Shown here: piece after piece, positions 57,188 through 64,000 of the stretch
Layout: every line of letters begins with the position of its first letter
Position numbering within the stretch: position 1 is the stretch's first letter
Assembly: GCA_040954595.2 (NCBI GenBank)
Contig: CM082595.2
Location: 5,482,137-5,546,136, forward strand
DNA length: 64,000 nucleotides
Reading direction: 5' to 3'
Source: Balanoglossus misakiensis
Lineage: Eukaryota > Animalia > Hemichordata
Made by a program: the position numbers and the translations under genes
Notes under the pieces: generated by a model
The model's input: the letters and a program-made list of their open reading frames with translations, nothing else
Databases searched by the model: none
What the model was told of the DNA's origin: nothing

Positions 57188-58490
57188 TTTTACTGACAGA
57201 GTTTATGCGTGAACGATGCACCCTCCTTGTCCACAAAGGAAGATTGACTCCACATACAATCACCATTTTTATGCGTTTTATGGTTATCTGTAGTACTTAA
57301 GTAGTATAACCCTGGAAGCCAACAATGCACCAATAAATCCGAAAAAAATCAACTTCTCTGGTAAAACAATAGCAAAGAGATAGCTATGTTAATGTGAGAC
57401 GAAAAAATGCACGATTTAGTCATACACAAGTCCAAAGAATCATGCGTGGCACGTGGATGCACCTCAATGACACGATCACGAACCGATGTAAACAATCAGC
57501 AGCGTGTGACCGCCATATTGGATTTTACTGGCGTCGACCACCCAAAACCTACTCAAGTTCAATGGCCCGAAACTCCACTTTGGGAAGCTTGAGCCAAAAC
57601 GAAACAATATCCGTTCAAAATATAAGATATAAAACTAATACAAAAAGCACACTTGGAGCAATTTTATGCTTGCAAACGGAAACGACGCAGTGTTTATTTT
57701 ACCCCATTCGCTAGACGTAGCGTACAAATAATATCAGAGATCGAACAGAAATACGATAAATTTTCCACTTTCAACTCGATCGGACGATAGGTTACGTCTA
57801 TCAAACCTGAGCGACGAAGTTTGGTGGCACAAATCTCACCTTTTGGTGTAGAAAAAGACGATTTTCTGAAAGTGAAAAAATACACCAACGGTTCTTGAAG
57901 TAATGGTGGCGCTGTTGAAATTCAAAGTAAAATCTCATTAACATATGCAAATTCACTACCCAGTTTCTCGACTGAATGTGCATTCTTACAAACCGACCAA
58001 TCACGGCCCACATACTTAAACACACATACGCAACACCTCACACACACTCCGAAATTCTTCAGCTGATAATCACCATTCATGAAGGTGTTTGTGATTTCAA
58101 AAATTTAAGAAAACATTTAGCATTCTTGAATTTTCCTTCTTTCTGTGATTTCAACAAAAGTCAGAAGACCATCATATATGAACAATAAAAAAAAAATCAA
58201 TACATGAACGTGTTTACAAGCAAAGTCATAAACCTCTTAAATTCAACTGTTATCTAAGTTCCAGCTGGCAATATGTGGTGGTGTTCTCAACTGACCTTCA
58301 TTTCAAAAAGTGTGCAAAAAAACGCAATGAAACAAAATCAAAAGCTGTGAATTGTGTAATACAAGCCTCAAACGGATCTTTGCAAAACAAGTCAGCTCAT
58401 ATTCACCACAGAAATAAACTCTTGCATTTGCAACCAAACTCTAAAACTGACTAATTTTTTTAAAAATTGAATCATGCAGGAATTTCTTAC

Positions 58491-58523
58491 CTCTGGGTCT
58501 TCCTGGAGTGGGATATAAGACAT
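58491..58523 (-). CDS. Candidate alternative first coding exon of rootletin (MSYIPLQEDPE)
   Basis: A polypyrimidine tract and AG acceptor sit just before the ATG, and the exon ends at a strong phase-0 donor GAG|GTAAGA. Confidence 0.45.
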
Positions 58524-60252
58524 CCTGCTAAAAAAAAATTCCACGGGCCTAGAAACTATAAGCTGCCAATCCCAAACAGCTTACGACTTGTAACACATTC
58601 CACTCAGCTATTCCCTCTGCTAGAACCGTTACTACACATAACCACTTGAGCCCACACCCTTTGTGATTCTCCCCATTCATGAATAAATATTTGCATATTC
58701 ATGACCTCATTTCCATATCGCGCTATTTGCATAACAACGCCACCTAATCAGCATACACTGGGATTGTTCTGCTGACAATTGGCCGAGTGTGCCTGGGGGT
58801 GTGTGAGTCTATACAAATTGATGAGCACGGTTGAAGCGGGCGATTGTCCTCTACCACTGTCCGGACAAGAGTTTTCTCACGAGCCATCTCAGAGGGAGAA
58901 AAAAAGCCTTCAAAAGATGATAAATAGAGGCTCTTGATATATGACAAATCTCGTTTACAACGGTCAAGTCATACGACCGCCTGTGAATTGCACGTCACTA
59001 CCTGGCCACATCCAAAGGAGTAAAACTTCCCCCTGGCGTAAAGAGACCCCCAAAGAACCATTGTATCAAAAATCAGCCATAAAATCCTGGACAGTTACAG
59101 ATGAGAGCGGTATATATATTACTCCTGGGACAATGTACTCTCATATCACGATTAAATGAAAAGCGTTGTCCTTCCAAACTGATTTATGGCGTGAAGAGTA
59201 CCCTAACATCACAAGGATAAGACACAAGGTTACAAGTACAACACACTCCTTGTCCTGTGTTTATTAATTTTCGTGTCGATGTACAATCTATTCTTTATCC
59301 TTTATTATCACACATATAATTGGACAATTCCCATCTTGACTGAACTTTTCAACTCTACGTGGACATTTCCTAAAACACTGGCAAATAGAGAAATTCTGAA
59401 AATATTTCTGACATGTTTGAACTGTCTGGCACCAATTTTTATGTCAAAGATGCATGTCTTGTTCTGTTAGGATAAGTGTTATAGCTATCCAGTTTATAAG
59501 CAAAAACAAAGGTGGAGAAAAAATATTGGTACGCTAAATGCTATTTCCTATGCACACTTTTACTTTTTCATCGGGACAGTGAGTGTAGTGGAATGTAGGA
59601 GACTCTCTGCATAGTTTACAGTCTGCTAACGGTTGTCCTGGCAACCGGGCAAGCAGTGCTCGCTGATTGGTTCAGACTGAAGTGAAACTGACATGATCTG
59701 TCTTCTTCTCTCACACTGTCACACAAAGTGGCAAAAACACAAAGCCTACATGCTGCTTACAACTTGATAACAAATGTCCCACTTGCAGTAACTTTTGTAC
59801 CTGTAATTATCAGAGACAATAATTGCACTGTTACAGTTGGCATTATCCTGCACTTTTCTAAACTCAGAATCCCTTTCTGTGGTCTGGCCAAATCACCCAT
59901 GATTGCCGATCGATTCAAAGCCAATCAACGACCAGTATTTCTTATGGAAATGAGTGTTTTCTGGATTTAACAGGATTAGATCAATTACAACTTTCTGATC
60001 AAAGCAAATTGAAACCCAGGAAATCACTCAAAATAATCGCTCTAATATTTTCTAGCTTCTGTACGGAGCTTTATTTACTGAAACTGTGATTCCTGGGGGT
60101 TTCATTTCTGGTGTCGCGATTCCCTGCAAATCAAGCGCTTCCTGTTGTTTCTACAGCAGGATATTGTTCAAGCTGGTGACAATAGCTTCATGAAAACTCA
60201 TGAGTGGTCAGTCAGTCCACTGCACTGTTGGTGTGTCTGTGTGTCCCAGCAT

Positions 60253-60266
60253 GCTGCCATGGCAAC
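60253..60266. promoter_or_regulatory. RFX X-box motif, one of several in the rootletin 5' region
   Basis: GCTGCCATGGCAAC. Others at 41456-41469, 46476-46489, 50792-50805, 51664-51693, 59632-59645 and 63064-63077. Confidence 0.55.
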
Positions 60267-60634
60267 GGCAGTTGGCCCCCAATAATGAATCGAAAGGGTA
60301 GATTTCCGGGTTCACCGCATGGGGAAAAGTGGACAACCAAGTCACGACTGCAGTCTTGCAACGGTGTCTGGCACCTTGCCAAGAGCAGAGTTAGGCATGT
60401 CGTGTTTACAGATCATTTCAGCCGAGCTATGCGGTTTCATATCAAAACTACTTAACTACACAACAGTGGTGATGATGGATACCGTGCCCGGCCACTTGTG
60501 ACAATCTCTACTATCAGCATCACTCTAGAATTAAGCAGTGATCGCTCTGATATTAACTATGAAACTGACCTAATGTTATTCTTTGGTTTGAAGAATAATT
60601 ACAATTTTGACCCTTAACTTATCATTTTCAACTA

Positions 60635-60829
60635 CTGTAAAACACTTTATTTTCGCGAGCAATAAATTTTTCGTGAAATACACGAGAGCCAAAATAGTGT
60701 GAAAATAAAAAAGTTGCGTGATTTTTTTTAAAGATAACGATAAGAGAACGTGAAAATTAATACTCGCGAAACAGTGGCCTCTCTCGATATCGTGAAAATT
60801 TTAACTCACGAAAATAAAGTGTTTTACAG
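60635..60829. mobile_element. TA-flanked MITE with ~21-bp TIRs
   Basis: TA-ctgtaaaacactttattttcg ... cgaaaataaagtgttttacag-TA, with internal (c)gtgaaa subrepeats. Confidence 0.8.
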
Positions 60830-63800
60830 TAAACGTGTTTGGATATTTTGGAAAGAATACGTGAAGTGGTGAGAGAGATGATACAGAAAGTGAAATCCAC
60901 ATTCTGCTTCATTACAGGCTGTGAAACATGCTACACTGTTACTTTTCAAGAACATGAGTCATCTTCTGGAAAAGCCCTTCCAAAGAAAGATCTTCATTGG
61001 TGAGTACTTCCCTATAGCTTTTGTTGATACAGTGGCATTTGTGAGACTTGGATGATTCAACATCCGACTATTCCATTCACAAAACCACTTGGGGGAGTTT
61101 TATGAGTAAACTTGTAAGATCCAGGGTTCTGGTGATGAGAGTCTCAACTTTGAACCTCAGTCCCTCAGCCAATCATGCGCGGTATTACATCATGGCAAGC
61201 AACCTATCTGGGAACGCCTTTCATAGCAAGGAGGAGGTTACCGAAGTTGCAGCCAAAGGCCATATAAGGCAACCGACTTTCCATATATGGCAAGATTTTG
61301 ATATTCTGAAAATAATCCTGATTATGACTAAACAATGCAGGTGGTGTTTGCTGCGATGATGAAGAAGGATGCTGTTGGCTATTTTGTAAATTGGCCATGA
61401 ACAATACAATCAGACAAAGGGCCAGAAAAATAATACCTCCATGAAAGTGAATGAACAAACCCAGTGCTATACAACACCCAGTGGTCACCTGTGATGCAAT
61501 AACTTATATTAGGCTTCGGGGCTGACAGATATCGACTCACCACATTACACACGAGAGTCTAGCTGATCCAAACAAAAAATCTAAACTCAAACCTGAGCTC
61601 TCATTTCTTTGTCAGTGTTGCATTCAACACAAAGACTGATGAAATAGATTCACCTTCCAGGTATCAAAACAAGCAAGGAGATGTTTTGAAATGTGGTGTG
61701 ATTTCTTTCTCTTATCTTTCTAATTGCAAGCCATTGATAGGAGGAGATTTGAGATACCAAACATGGATTTTGTGAGTCTGGCCTCAAAACTGGCAGCTTT
61801 GATCTTAGCGTCACAGGTTTAAAAACACAGCCCATCCTTGATCAATCTGCCATGGTAAATTAACAGACAAAAACCAGCAGCGTTTTCAATGGTCTGTCCA
61901 CTTTAATTGGGCATGTAATTCGCCGATGTCACAGACACATTAATTGTGAAGTCAATTGCTTTGCGACTGGTACGTACAATAGAGCATTAATCCAAGATGG
62001 CTACCTTTATACTCTTTCAAAGTGACACTTACCAGTGGGTACCACAGCTCAGTAGAGAAGAGCTCTTTAGCAAGAATCTTTTCTCAAATATAAGACTAAT
62101 TTTCGACCTTGCATATTATGGTTGGTTGTTCAGAAATTGGCAACCATCAAAAAAATAAACAACATTTTTTGTACACGAATGGCAATGCTTCGCAGACTAG
62201 ATAAAATTTGTGTGGTCAAATTCCCCACCGTCTGTAACAAGGCTTATAGGTCGAGCAAATTCTTTTCAGATAACCAGACAGTAAATATGCATTGTCATAG
62301 CAGTTTTCTGTTTATTTTCACAAAAGAACTCCAGACAACACACATTATATGATTTTATTCAAAGACTTGTGATAATATTACAAACCTCAGTATGTCCCCC
62401 CGCTGAGACTATCTTCCAAATAACGCAATCTTTGTCATCCAAAACTCAATCTGATGCCATCAACACAAAACTCCACCACAGACAAACAAGAAAAAAAAGA
62501 AATTCTCTTCTAGAGAACTCTCCCCTGCGGACAAAATCATGACTCCAATCAACCCCCGTCAAAAGAACTTTTACAAAGCCAAATAACAGACAGCCAAAAT
62601 TGGCACCTTTTCATACAATGGGACGGAAATCCCTATGTACGACACTTGCCTTCCTGACAATTCAACAGCAGACAAAGAATATTTCGTTTGCTTAACACAT
62701 TTTTCACCCACTCTCACCCCAAACCAAATGCAGTGAATTTTTTTCATTCTTTTCTTTTTTTCTGTAAAGCCAATACAAAAAATCGGGGATTTGGACAGAC
62801 GAGGGCAGAATATTGATTTGGATATTTATTATCAAGAACCGACCTTGCCAGTCAGTGTGCCCAGGTGAAACCTTAGCTCTCTGACATACGGTGTGGGAAA
62901 GTTCATCTCTGTCCAATAATTCCCGATCTCATTCTTGTCATTGTAAAGTCTATACATTTACCCCTAACAAGAAAATATAGAGTTTTGATGGTTTTCTTCA
63001 GGAGGAGATATAATAGCAATGCTCTGGGGAGTGGGTTGAATAACAATTGATCTTGCCTAGGCCTTTTCCATGGTAACCGTGGCTGGACTGGTGGCACACA
63101 GGTGACTGTACAATTCTGAATACGAGCGTGCCCACTAATTATCTGTACAATGGTTCAGCAGGGGGTAATGACAATGGGGGAAATTTCCCACACTACAGCT
63201 GTAAACACTACTTCATCCCTGCATAATTGGTCTTGTGTCATCTTCGGAAACCTGTTTGCAGTCAAGACGACAGAGTTGGGGAGGAGGGTGTGTCATACAT
63301 ACCTCTTGCTCACAAAATTTCCATCTGTTCATCATCAAACCGCCCAATTCTCCTTGCCAATATAGTTTTCACTGGGATTTTTTCTGTTTCATTTTTTACA
63401 ATTTTTTTTACATGTAATATACACTGTAGCTGTGTATATTTTTGTTAGGATTTACAATTTCTGATGATATAGCCCAAAACTGCTGAAAAGATACATTGGG
63501 TACATTCCCAGCATCAAAAGTGTGATATAAAAAATACCAGTGAAAGATAAAGCTGTTATTTGCTTCAGAATTGGCAATGGTTCAGATCACAAAGAAAATC
63601 ACTATCACAACATCACACGTAATCTCATTCTAACATGTAGCTGATGAGTACATAGGCCATCTCAAGACAGCCACGGAAAGTCTTGCCAGTGTAACGATGG
63701 ATGATGTACCAGGAAGCCAGTCACAAACTGTTTTACTCTCAGATGTGTGGCTGACTGATGATTCCATTCATTTGAACACCATGGTTTTAACCTGGGAGTC

Positions 63801-64000
63801 TGATGTAGCCAATCAACAATGCTCAAGTCCTCGGGTAGATGACTCTTTGTGTGGAGGAAATCTACGTCGCACTTAAGATTGTTGTGCTACACACACCCTT
63901 AAGATTATTGTGAACCAAAATGTCACAAACATCGATCTTCGGTTCTGCTGTCAGCAATGTCTGGACTACAATACAATATGCATGTAACCAAAACAGCCGA

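Overview
Intron-rich, AT-rich animal DNA, most likely an invertebrate deuterostome-type genome; the species cannot be fixed from sequence alone. The left edge holds the truncated 5' end of a class I SAM-dependent methyltransferase (- strand), which the ORF track misses. It is head-to-head with two tandem 7-exon cytosolic sulfotransferases (+), which are followed by a convergent intronless class A GPCR with an atypical ligand pocket (-). A large rootletin/CROCC gene (-) follows: 33 phase-consistent core exons of about 2060 aa, a 951-nt phase-0 extra exon, and several candidate alternative first exons across about 20 kb rich in RFX X-box motifs. The rest is microsatellites, minisatellites, several MITE families and a decayed Cys-rich transposon-like ORF. 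Best leads: (1) the two sulfotransferases have reciprocally charge-swapped dimerisation motifs (K...K versus E...E), suggesting a heterodimer; (2) both carry a ~35-aa lid-like insertion; (3) methyltransferase, sulfotransferases and orphan receptor may form a small-molecule synthesis and sensing cluster; (4) rootletin may have several interchangeable N-termini. All exon structures were read by hand and have no transcript support.
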